DNA of 32,000 bases, from positions 835 to 32,834 of the forward strand of contig CAZGDM010000017.1 in the NCBI GenBank assembly GCA_964525275.1. The letters run 5' to 3'. This DNA is from an uncultured Thermodesulfobacteriota bacterium. Its GTDB lineage: Bacteria > Desulfobacterota > B13-G15. The number at the start of each line of letters is the position of its first letter. The stretch's first letter is position 1. Both the position numbers and the translations under genes were made by a program. Positions 16,470 to 24,987 of this stretch are shown piece by piece. Below the pieces are notes generated by a model, which saw only the letters and a program-made list of their open reading frames with translations, had not been told where the DNA came from and did not search any database.

Positions 16470-18554
16470 TCAAACCACCACCCTCGCATCCACAGCCATG
16501 CCTCCTTCCCCCTCCCTGAAAAGCATGAGGGGATTCAGGTCTATCCCCTTTATCTGGGGGACGCAGGCCATGAGATGGGAAAGCCTGAGGACGGCATCCT
16601 TGAGGAAGGGAAGGTCATAGACCTTCCCTCTGGCTCCTTCAAGGATTCTGGCACCCTTCAGCTCTCCGATCATCTCTTCGGCATCCCTCTCACAGAGGGG
16701 ACCGATCCGTAAGGCAATGTCCTCGAAGAACTCAGCGTAGATCCCCCCGAAACCAAGCATTATCACAGGGCCGAAGTCCCTATCCACCCTGCCTCCCAAG
16801 ATCATCTCCATCCCCTCCGGTACCCACCTCTGGATCAGTATTCCCGCTGTAGGAAGATCCTGCTGCTTGGCCCGCTGGACAAGTCGAACGAAGGCCTCCC
16901 TTAGCTCCTCCTCGTCTCTGATCTCCAGGACCAGGGCTGCTGTGTCCGTCTTGTGGAGAAGGCAGGAAGAATCTATCTTCAAAACGAGGGGATACCCCAA
17001 TTCCTCGGCCTTCGCTGCCGCTTCCTCCAGATCCTTTGCCACAAAGTAAGGGGCTACTTTAATCCCCATCCCCTCAACGATCCCAAGGGCTTCATGGAGG
17101 AAGAGGGATCTGTTCGCCGACCTCGCCTCTTCCAGAATCCCGAAGAGCTCCTCTTTGTCCAATGGAAACGAGGGAAAGTTGCTCTCCGTCCGCCTTGCCC
17201 TTGATCGCTGATACCTGTCCAGCGATGCGGCCAGGGCGGGCAGGGCGTCTCCCGGCTCGATGAACATGGGATAGTCCAGGGACTTCTTCACGAACGCCAT
17301 GCTTTGCTCATCTGAAAGAAAGCAAAGGGCGATGGGTTTTCGATATTTATCAGCCAGGCGCTTGAAGGCCTGACCCAGTTTTATCGACTCCTCGGTCTCC
17401 AAACCGGGGGCAGCGGCATGTTGAAAAAGGACACCGTCCACCCCCTCCTCCTTCAGCACTTCTTCAGTGATCTGGGTGTAAAAGTCGAAGTCAAAGAGGT
17501 CACCCACATCCAGGGGATTGGTCGGCGAGATCACCTTGGCTCGAAACGCCTGTTGCACTCGGTTCAAAAAGGCCTCGGAGAGCGGGTAAAGCCGAAACCC
17601 CCGTTCGGCTGCAAAGTCCGCAGCCGCTACCGCCAAGCCCCCTGTGCGAGAGATGATCACCAGGTTGTTCCCCCGCATGGGCGGGATGCTGAAGACCTTC
17701 ACCAAATTGACCACTTCGCGAAAGTCATGGGCCCTGATCACGCCTGCCTGCTTCAGGGCGGCCTCCACCACCCGGTCATCGGTGGCCAGGGCAGCAGTGT
17801 GGAACTTGGCGATCTGGGACGTGGAAGGATAGATGTTGACCTTCTGAACGATGACGGGTTTTTCTGCCCTTCTGGCAACCTCCATGAGCCCTCGCCCATC
17901 GGCGATACTCTCCAGGTAGAGGACGACAATGTCCGTCCCTTCATCCTCCAGCAAGTAAGAGAGGTAGTCTATCTCGTTCAGATCCAGCTTGTTCCCCATA
18001 CTCACTGCCTTACTGACCCCGATGTTGCTGCTGGCGAACAGATTGATCAGGGCAAAGATCGCCCCTCCACTCTGGGATATAATCCCCACCCTGCCCTTCT
18101 TCAGGGCCTGATCGCTGAGAGGGAAAAAGGGCGTTACAAGGCCGTTTTCCATATTTATGACCCCTATGCCGTTGGGGCCGATGAGACGAATCCCCCATTT
18201 TCTGGCCGTACGCAGTAGCTCTTCTTGCAGCCTCCTGCCCTCTTCTGAATACTCCCCAAACCCCCCTGACTCCACGATGACCCACCGGATCCCCTTGCGT
18301 CCACATCCATCAACAATCGAAGGGACGGTGGCGGCGGGGGTCAGAACGATCGCCAGATCCACCCCCTCAGGGAGCTCCTCTATTGAGTTCAACACGCGCC
18401 TGCCGAAGACCACACCACCCCTTCGTCCCACCGTGAACACCTCACCGGGGAAGCGAAAGCGAAAAAGGTTTTCAACGATGTTTCTCCCCAGGTTCTCCTT
18501 CCTCTGGGAAACCCCGATGACGGCAACCCGCTCTGGATAGAAGAGCTCCCTCAT
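16470..18554 (-). CDS. ADP-forming (NDP-forming) acyl-CoA synthetase, fused alpha/beta domains (CoA-binding, ligase-CoA, ATP-grasp)
   Basis: N-terminus is LFYPERVAVIGVSQRKENLGRNIVENL. Has the His-loop context GIISQSGG and a C-terminal ATP-grasp (GYPLVLKI). ATG at 18554 has a gaggaggggg SD, whereas the track start 18605 does not. Confidence 0.85.
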   Translation of the reverse strand: MRELFYPERVAVIGVSQRKENLGRNIVENLFRFRFPGEVFTVGRRGGVVFGRRVLNSIEELPEGVDLAIVLTPAATVPSIVDGCGRKGIRWVIVESGGFGEYSEEGRRLQEELLRTARKWGIRLIGPNGIGVINMENGLVTPFFPLSDQALKKGRVGIISQSGGAIFALINLFASSNIGVSKAVSMGNKLDLNEIDYLSYLLEDEGTDIVVLYLESIADGRGLMEVARRAEKPVIVQKVNIYPSTSQIAKFHTAALATDDRVVEAALKQAGVIRAHDFREVVNLVKVFSIPPMRGNNLVIISRTGGLAVAAADFAAERGFRLYPLSEAFLNRVQQAFRAKVISPTNPLDVGDLFDFDFYTQITEEVLKEEGVDGVLFQHAAAPGLETEESIKLGQAFKRLADKYRKPIALCFLSDEQSMAFVKKSLDYPMFIEPGDALPALAASLDRYQRSRARRTESNFPSFPLDKEELFGILEEARSANRSLFLHEALGIVEGMGIKVAPYFVAKDLEEAAAKAEELGYPLVLKIDSSCLLHKTDTAALVLEIRDEEELREAFVRLVQRAKQQDLPTAGILIQRWVPEGMEMILGGRVDRDFGPVIMLGFGGIYAEFFEDIALRIGPLCERDAEEMIGELKGARILEGARGKVYDLPFLKDAVLRLSHLMACVPQIKGIDLNPLMLFREGEGGMAVDARVVV

Positions 18555-18734
18555 CCCCCTCCTCTTACACCTGTCATCTTGCTCTTCCTCAGCGAGGGAT
18601 TTCATATGCTATCACACCCATTATCACATCCAGAACAGTTCGGCCGGAAGCCTATGCAAGTTTGAAGCGTCGAATGGAGCTTTGCTTAACGTCGCTTAAG
18701 CTGGTGAACTGGTGGAGGACTTTCTGAGGTGTGA

Positions 18735-19310
18735 TCACCGACGGGGCCATCCCTCCCAGCGGCGGAAGAGCTTTGCGTCGAGGCCGAACAGATCCAGGAC
18801 CTTCCCTACGGTGTGATCGACGATGTCCTCGAGCGACTTCGGGGAGTGGTAAAAGGCGGGTACAGGCGGCATGATCACTGCCCCCATCCGAGTCGCTCTG
18901 GCCATGAGCTCAAGATGGCCCAGATGCAGCGGCGTCTCCCGCACCAAGAGCACGAGCCTCCTTCTTTCCTTCAGGGTTACATCGGCAGCCCTCACCAGGA
19001 GGTTGTCGTTGTAGGAGTTGGCGATGGCCGAAAGGGTCTTGATGGAACAGGGCGCAACCACCATGCCCGAAGTGACGAAGGAGCCGCTGGATACGGGGGC
19101 CGCCAGATCCTTTACATCGTGAACCTCATGGGCCAAGCCCTTCACGTCCTCTACCGTGAGGGAGGTCTCTATCTGGATGTTCTTCTGGGCCGCCTCGGTG
19201 AGGATCAAATGGGCCTCGACCTTCAGATCCCTCAATACCTCAAGCAGCCGTATGCCGTATATGACACCGGAGGCACCGGTGATCCCTACGATGATTCGAC
19301 CTATCTTCAT
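18735..19310 (-). CDS. ubiX: Flavin prenyltransferase UbiX (prFMN synthase)
   Basis: Has RIIVGITGASGVIYGIRLLEVL, MVVAPCSIKTLSAIANS and LVLLVRETPL. 191 aa. Starts 1 nt after the upstream stop. Confidence 0.9.
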   Translation of the reverse strand: MKIGRIIVGITGASGVIYGIRLLEVLRDLKVEAHLILTEAAQKNIQIETSLTVEDVKGLAHEVHDVKDLAAPVSSGSFVTSGMVVAPCSIKTLSAIANSYNDNLLVRAADVTLKERRRLVLLVRETPLHLGHLELMARATRMGAVIMPPVPAFYHSPKSLEDIVDHTVGKVLDLFGLDAKLFRRWEGWPRR

Positions 19311-19311
19311 C

Positions 19312-20532
19312 TTATCCCCCCGACCTTATCATCTCGTCCAGGACCTCCACTGCCCGCCGGGCGAAGGCAGGATCGCTTATATGCACGTCCATCTCCTCCA
19401 CGGGGACGGCGTCCCCGAGAACCTTCTTGAGCTCATCGACGAAGACCTGGTCGGCTTGAGGGTCGAAGAACTCCCTCCCTTCTCTGTCAAATTCGGACCA
19501 TCCCCTCCTGGGGATGAGCACATAGGTCGGTGCTTTGACCTTCCTCAGCTTTTCCCCTACGATCCGTGCAAAGGCCCGCATCTCCTGAGGCCCCATCCGC
19601 ACACAGAACCGCACATCGTAGTGGCACACCTTCCTGCCCTTCAGCAGATCCGGCATGGGACAGGAGGGAGTGAAGGCCGCATTGTCAAGCCCACCAGGGG
19701 CCACGACCCGGGGAACCCCGCCGGCCTCCAATCTCATGGGACCTATACCCTTGCTGTAACCTCCGAACATCTCATCGGCTATTTCGTGAAGGGTGAGATC
19801 GAGCACGCCGACCACAAGCCCCTGCTCGACGAACTCCTCCATGGCCATCCCCCCGCATCCGTTGGCGTGAAAGGCCACCATCTCGTAGCCCTTCGCCTCG
19901 AGGAAGGACTGGGCATGAAGGGCACAGTCAGAGTTGGCACCATAGGCACTCACGGCCACCATGGGCTTGCCTTTGGGCAGTTCGGTCCCCTTTTGCATCA
20001 TCCCGCATACAGCACGGCATGCCTGTCCGAGGATGAGCTTGATGAACTCGTTCATCCCCAGGAGGTCCGCCACCGAGTGAAACATCACCACATCCTTGGT
20101 CCCCACGAACTCCCGCACGTCCCTGGAGGCCACCGTGGAGACCATCACCTTGGGAAGGCCGAAGGGGAGGGAGCGCATGACCCTGGTGGCTATGGTCGTG
20201 CCCGTCCCTCCCCCCATCCCGAATACCCCGTGGATCCTGCCGTCCTCCAACAGGCGGTTGGCCACGATGACCGCACCCTCCGCGATGGCCCGAACGCAGC
20301 TGGCGCGATCCCTGGCCTTGATCAGCCCTTTGAGGTCATAACCTGCGGCAGATGCTACCTCTTCCTTAGTTATATCAGGTGGGATTGAGGGGTCCCCCAG
20401 GATCCCGACATCCATGAGGACGGGCTTGACGCCGAGGGACCTGACGCAATCCCTGACATAGGCGGCGTGCTCTCCCTTGGTGTCGAGGGTGGCGATAACG
20501 AGCAGGGTCTTCCCCCCACTTTCCTCCGACAT
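19312..20532 (-). CDS. UPF0261 / Tm-1-like ATP-binding domain protein, paralogue B
   Basis: Has KTLLVIATLDTKGEHAAYVRD, GMGGGTGTTIAT and LPFGLPKVMVST. I choose ATG 20532 (MSEESGGK...) rather than track start 20595, which would overlap paralogue A. Confidence 0.8.
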   Translation of the reverse strand: MSEESGGKTLLVIATLDTKGEHAAYVRDCVRSLGVKPVLMDVGILGDPSIPPDITKEEVASAAGYDLKGLIKARDRASCVRAIAEGAVIVANRLLEDGRIHGVFGMGGGTGTTIATRVMRSLPFGLPKVMVSTVASRDVREFVGTKDVVMFHSVADLLGMNEFIKLILGQACRAVCGMMQKGTELPKGKPMVAVSAYGANSDCALHAQSFLEAKGYEMVAFHANGCGGMAMEEFVEQGLVVGVLDLTLHEIADEMFGGYSKGIGPMRLEAGGVPRVVAPGGLDNAAFTPSCPMPDLLKGRKVCHYDVRFCVRMGPQEMRAFARIVGEKLRKVKAPTYVLIPRRGWSEFDREGREFFDPQADQVFVDELKKVLGDAVPVEEMDVHISDPAFARRAVEVLDEMIRSGG

Positions 20533-20563
20533 GATCACCGCCTTCCGAAGGGACAGAGGCCCA

Positions 20564-21784
20564 TCAGGACGGGAAGATCCTCCTGCAGGCCTCAAGGACC
20601 GCCTGGGCGAACTCGGGGTCCTCCATGTTGGCCTCCACGGTCTGAAGCTCGATATCGGGCTTGAGCCTCCTCCTCAGTTCCTCCACGAAGACCATATCCT
20701 CTTCGGGGTCGTAAGTGGGATTGCCCGGCTGATCCACGGAGGACCACCCCTTGAGGGGTATGACCACCACCACGGGGCCCCGAGCCTTGTTGAGCTTTTC
20801 AGCAAAGGCCCGGGCGGCCTCAATGAGCTCTTCCTTTGAGGCCCTCAGCCATGTGCGGTGTCGATCCAGGTCATATCTGCGCCTCGACCTGTGCTCCTCC
20901 GTCCAGGCCTTTTTGGGCGGGGTGATGTGGTTCACCCCACAGGTTGAGACCACCTGAGGAATCCCCACCTCACCTGCGGCCTCAAGCCTCGTGGGCCCGG
21001 CATCCCTCATCCCCCCCACCAGGTGCTCTATCACCCCACCGGGGGCGAGGTCCACCACCGCATCGAAGAGCCCCTGGCGGATCATCTCCTCCATGGCCCG
21101 GTCACCGATCCCTGCTGCGGAAAACCCCGTGACCTGAAAGCCTCCCTCCTCGAGGCCTCGCCTCACCCTGCTTGCACACTTCTCACACGGCCCGAGCATG
21201 GTCATGGCCACTGCCCTGCCCTCGGCCCTCTGAACCCGAAGGGGTGGAGTCTCGACCATGGCGCAGATGGCACGTGCTGCCCGCTCGATGACGTTCCTGA
21301 GGACCTCGCCAAGCCCCGATATCTCCACCACGGAGTGAAAGAGGCAGATGTCCCCTGTGCCTATGTAACGGGTGGACATCCCGGGAAGGGCCGCGGTGGA
21401 GGAGATCATGAGCTTGGGAAGGCCGAAGGGCAAGGCCCTCATGACATCTGTGGCCATCAACGACCCCGTGGACCCCCCGATGCCGACCACCCCGTGGATC
21501 TTTCCCTCGGCTGAGAGCTTCTTAGCGATCTCTATCGCCCCACGGGTCATCACGGCGGTAGACTGGGCGCGCTCCCTGGAGGAACGGATCTCCTCGAGGG
21601 TGCTACCCCCGGCCCGAGCCACCTCCTCCGCGGTGATATCGGCCTCTTTGCAAAGGAGCCCTTCCCTCATGGAGATGTCCATCAGGAGGACCTCACATCC
21701 GAGGTCACTGATCCTCTCCTTCAGGAAAAGGGCCTCCTCACCCTTGGTGTCGAGGGTCGCCACAAGAAGCACAGTCTTCCCCAT
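20564..21784 (-). CDS. UPF0261 / Tm-1-like ATP-binding domain protein, paralogue A
   Basis: Has MGKTVLLVATLDTKGEEALFLKE, GIGGSTGSLMAT and LPFGLPKLMISST. Collinear with paralogue B along the whole length. 406 aa. Confidence 0.8.
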   Translation of the reverse strand: MGKTVLLVATLDTKGEEALFLKERISDLGCEVLLMDISMREGLLCKEADITAEEVARAGGSTLEEIRSSRERAQSTAVMTRGAIEIAKKLSAEGKIHGVVGIGGSTGSLMATDVMRALPFGLPKLMISSTAALPGMSTRYIGTGDICLFHSVVEISGLGEVLRNVIERAARAICAMVETPPLRVQRAEGRAVAMTMLGPCEKCASRVRRGLEEGGFQVTGFSAAGIGDRAMEEMIRQGLFDAVVDLAPGGVIEHLVGGMRDAGPTRLEAAGEVGIPQVVSTCGVNHITPPKKAWTEEHRSRRRYDLDRHRTWLRASKEELIEAARAFAEKLNKARGPVVVVIPLKGWSSVDQPGNPTYDPEEDMVFVEELRRRLKPDIELQTVEANMEDPEFAQAVLEACRRIFPS

Positions 21785-21798
21785 CTCGGCCTCCGCAA

Positions 21799-21836
21799 AG
21801 GCCGATGGGGGAGCAGGGCTCCCCCACGGTCGGCCT
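21799..21836 (-). other. Compound intercistronic stem-loop between the ligase and UPF0261-A genes
   Basis: Inner stem is gggggagc-agg-gctccccc (21807-21825). Outer stem is aggccga/tcggcct (21799-21805 with 21830-21836). It lies 3 nt after the ligase stop. No long U-tract follows. Confidence 0.5.
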
Positions 21837-21839
21837 TGG

Positions 21840-23492
21840 CTATTTTGCCTCTTCGGCTATCTTCTTCTCGAGCTCGGCCCTGAGGACCTTCTTGTCGATC
21901 TTGCCGGAGTCCCCCACGGTGGGAAGCGCATCCACCACCTCGAGGCGCTCGGGAAGTTTGAACTTGGCGAGCTTCTTCTCGAGCAGAAACTCGGTGATCT
22001 CCTCCAAGGTGATGGTCTCTCCCGGCCGAAGCACCACGAAGGCACAGGCCCGCTCCCCCATCTCCTTGTCGGGGTAGCCCACGACGGCCACGCTCTTGAT
22101 CTTGGGGTGCTCCTGAAGCAGCCCCTCTATCTCCGCGGGGTAGATGTTCTGGCCGCCGCGGATGATCATGTCCTTGGCCCGGCCCATGATCCATAGGCAC
22201 CCTTGGTCCCACTTGACGATGTCGCCCGTGGTGGCCCATCCCTGGGGGTCGAAGACCGTGGCGGTCTTCTCGGGATCGCGGTAGTAGCCCGCCGGCGAAT
22301 GCGGCCCCCGGAACCAGAGCTGACCTGGCTCCCCTTCGGGGACCTCCTTGCCCTTGTCGTCGAGGAGTCTGATCTGATTGCCCGGCAGGGGCCTGCCCAC
22401 GGTCCTTCGTCTGAGCTCGGGCGGATCGTCCACCCGGCAGCCGGAGATGGACCCCACGTCCTGGGTGCCCAGGTCGCTTGTGATCACCCCTCCCAGGCGT
22501 CTCTCGGCTTCCTCGGCCACATCCGGAGCGAGGTAACCACCGGCAGAGCGGATGAACCTCAAGGAGCTCAGGTCGTACTGCTCCACGGGCTTCTCGAGCA
22601 TCCTCACCAGGTGGGTGGGGACCACGCCGATACAGGTGCCCCGCTCCCTCTGGATCAGCTCCAGGGCCCCCTCCGGGGTGAACTCCTCAAGGAGCACCGT
22701 CTTCGCCCCCACCAAGGGCGCGGCGAAGTAGGTCAAGGTCCCCCCGGCCCCGCCGGCAAAGGGGGCGATGGCCACGGTGATGTCGTCACCGGTGAGCTTC
22801 CAGATGTCCACCCTGGCCTTGGCGGTGCAGAGCCTGGGGGCGATGTTCCACTCAACGAGCTTGGGCAGACCAGTGGTCCCCGTGGTGCTGGTGAGCATGG
22901 CCACATCGGTGAAGGGGTTGAAGCGCCGCCCATCCAGGGCCTTCAGCTCCGCTGGGGGGACCTCCTCGTTGGCGAGCTGTATGAGGGAATAGGTCCCCTC
23001 CGGGGCCCCCGCGGGCACCTCCTCGGTGAGGAGGAAGATGTATTTGAATTTCGGCGAAAGCCCCTTGAGCTCCTGGAACATCTCCAGGTAGTTGAACTTG
23101 CGGTAGATGTAAGGGCAGACCACCGCGGAGGCCTGGGTGGTCTCTATCATGTAGGAGAGCTCCCTGTGGCGCATGTAGGCGTAAACGGTAAGGGAGATGA
23201 GGCCTGCCCTTTCGGCGGCGATCCTGGCCAAAAATGCATAGACCTCGTTTGGGGCCTGGATGATGATCCGGTCGTCTTTCTCCAACCCCATCTCCGCCCA
23301 ACGGTAGGCGATCCTGTCCACCAGCTCCACCGCTTGGGCCCAGGTGACCCTGTATCGGGAGTCGGCCAGGGCCTCGCGGTCCGGACGCTCCTCGGCGTTT
23401 TTGGCCCAGAAGTCGTAGAAGGTCTCGTCAGTCCAGTAACCCTTTCCCCTGAATTCCTCGATCATCTCATCGGTGTACCTGATGACCCTCAT
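21840..23492 (-). CDS. ANL-superfamily AMP-forming acyl/aryl-CoA ligase (EntE/DhbE-like N-terminus)
   Basis: Has TSTTGTTGLPKLV (A3), TGDIVKWDQGCLWIMGRAKDMIIRGGQNIYPAEIE (A8) and the C-terminal GKIDKK lysine (A10). The N-terminal FRGKGYW pattern resembles aryl-acid adenylating enzymes. Confidence 0.85.
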   Translation of the reverse strand: MRVIRYTDEMIEEFRGKGYWTDETFYDFWAKNAEERPDREALADSRYRVTWAQAVELVDRIAYRWAEMGLEKDDRIIIQAPNEVYAFLARIAAERAGLISLTVYAYMRHRELSYMIETTQASAVVCPYIYRKFNYLEMFQELKGLSPKFKYIFLLTEEVPAGAPEGTYSLIQLANEEVPPAELKALDGRRFNPFTDVAMLTSTTGTTGLPKLVEWNIAPRLCTAKARVDIWKLTGDDITVAIAPFAGGAGGTLTYFAAPLVGAKTVLLEEFTPEGALELIQRERGTCIGVVPTHLVRMLEKPVEQYDLSSLRFIRSAGGYLAPDVAEEAERRLGGVITSDLGTQDVGSISGCRVDDPPELRRRTVGRPLPGNQIRLLDDKGKEVPEGEPGQLWFRGPHSPAGYYRDPEKTATVFDPQGWATTGDIVKWDQGCLWIMGRAKDMIIRGGQNIYPAEIEGLLQEHPKIKSVAVVGYPDKEMGERACAFVVLRPGETITLEEITEFLLEKKLAKFKLPERLEVVDALPTVGDSGKIDKKVLRAELEKKIAEEAK

Positions 23493-23516
23493 TTATTCCA
23501 CCTCCCTTCCTTTTGC

Positions 23517-24938
23517 TCAGTCGAGTCCCAGCTCTCCCCAGCGTTCCCTGACCCTCTTGACCATCTCCTCGTCGAGGAAGATCTCCTCGGGCTTCCGCTC
23601 CCACTCGTAGGGGATGGTGGCATCGAGGATGATCTTTGAAGCGATGTCCCTCGCGTCTATGGGCAGCGCAGGGTCCAGAGGCGTGGAACGGGCCCGTTTG
23701 ATGATCTCCGTGCTCCTCCAGGGGTCGTACCTCACGCTCAAGGCCCACCAGACGCGATCCAGGTCGTCGGCCTTTATGTCCTCGTCCACCACGATGACCC
23801 CCTTCATCCCGTAGTGGCCCGTGGTGGTGGCATGGGCTGCCATCGCCGCATGGATCGAGTGCCCGGGGTACATGGTCTTAAGGGATATTATAGCCCAGAA
23901 CCTCCCCGTGGTCTGGGGCGGGATGAAGACCGACCTGATCCCCGGCACCCTCATCGTCTCGAGTTCCGTCCAGAGGGTGGCAGTCCTGTTCAGGGACTGA
24001 ATCATGTGGGTGTCGGTGACGGGTTTGCCCACCGTGGTAACCCAGAAAATAGGATCCTTCCTCATGTAGATCCGCTTAACATGCAACACCTGTTTGGGCC
24101 ACTCCTCACCGCGTTTCCCGGAGTAATAACCCGTGTACTCCCCGAAGGGACCCTCCTCCCTCAGGTCCTTCGGGTCGATGAACCCCTCAAGGATGATCTC
24201 CGCATGGGCAGGCAGAGGCAGCCCGGTGAGCTCCCCCTCGAAGACCTCGATTGGCTCTCCCCTCAGGGCCCCGGCCACGTCGTATTCGCTCACCTGGGCG
24301 GGCACCAGAGTGCTCGAGCAGAGGAAGAGGATGGGATCGCAGCCGATAACCGCCGCAGCCGGCATCAGCTTCCCCGCCTTCTCGTACTGCTTGAAGTGCA
24401 TGTCGGCGTGTTTCCCCTTGATGATCTGCACCCCGGTATGGTTCCGATCGTGGACCATCATCCGGTAAGTACCCAGGTTCACCCACCCCGTCTCCAGGTC
24501 CTTGGTGATCAGGAAAACTGCCGTTCCGATATACCTTCCCCCATCTTTTGGATAGATATAGGGGACGGGGAAGTCCCTGAGAAGGTCTATGGCGTCCTCC
24601 TCCACTACCTGCTCGGTAACAGGGCCCGAGGGGACCTCTTTGGGCTTGATCAGCCCCTTCTCGGTTATCACCTTCATCCACCAGCGGGCCATCTCGCACA
24701 TCGAGGTCCCGGGCTTAACTCCCAGGGTTATGGCCAGCCGTTTCTCACTGGTCAGGGCGGAGGTGAGCACGGGGATGCTGTAGTCCTTGACGTTCTCAAA
24801 GAGCAGCGCCGGTCCCTTCCTCTCCTCGTTCAGTTTGGCGATATGGGAGAGCTCCAAGTTCCAGTCCACCTGGGCCTTGATCCTCTTCAACTCCCCTTCC
24901 CTCTCGCAGGCTGCAATCCACTCCCTCAGATCCTTCAT
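23517..24938 (-). CDS. UbiD-family prFMN-dependent (de)carboxylase, phenylphosphate-carboxylase-like size (473 aa)
   Basis: Has MKDLREWIAACEREGELKRI, GPALLFENV, GGRYIGT and GPFGEYTGYY (conserved Glu motif). Co-operonic with ubiX. Confidence 0.85.
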   Translation of the reverse strand: MKDLREWIAACEREGELKRIKAQVDWNLELSHIAKLNEERKGPALLFENVKDYSIPVLTSALTSEKRLAITLGVKPGTSMCEMARWWMKVITEKGLIKPKEVPSGPVTEQVVEEDAIDLLRDFPVPYIYPKDGGRYIGTAVFLITKDLETGWVNLGTYRMMVHDRNHTGVQIIKGKHADMHFKQYEKAGKLMPAAAVIGCDPILFLCSSTLVPAQVSEYDVAGALRGEPIEVFEGELTGLPLPAHAEIILEGFIDPKDLREEGPFGEYTGYYSGKRGEEWPKQVLHVKRIYMRKDPIFWVTTVGKPVTDTHMIQSLNRTATLWTELETMRVPGIRSVFIPPQTTGRFWAIISLKTMYPGHSIHAAMAAHATTTGHYGMKGVIVVDEDIKADDLDRVWWALSVRYDPWRSTEIIKRARSTPLDPALPIDARDIASKIILDATIPYEWERKPEEIFLDEEMVKRVRERWGELGLD

Positions 24939-24967
24939 CCTTCACCTCCTCTTTTTTGGGATTTTGC

Positions 24968-24987
24968 GGGGTGACGGGGATCACCCC
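24968..24987 (-). other. Small intercistronic hairpin overlapping the ppsB-like stop codon
   Basis: ggggtga-cgggga-tcacccc (7-bp stem, 6-nt loop). An A-rich stretch rather than a U-rich stretch follows on the mRNA. Confidence 0.4.
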
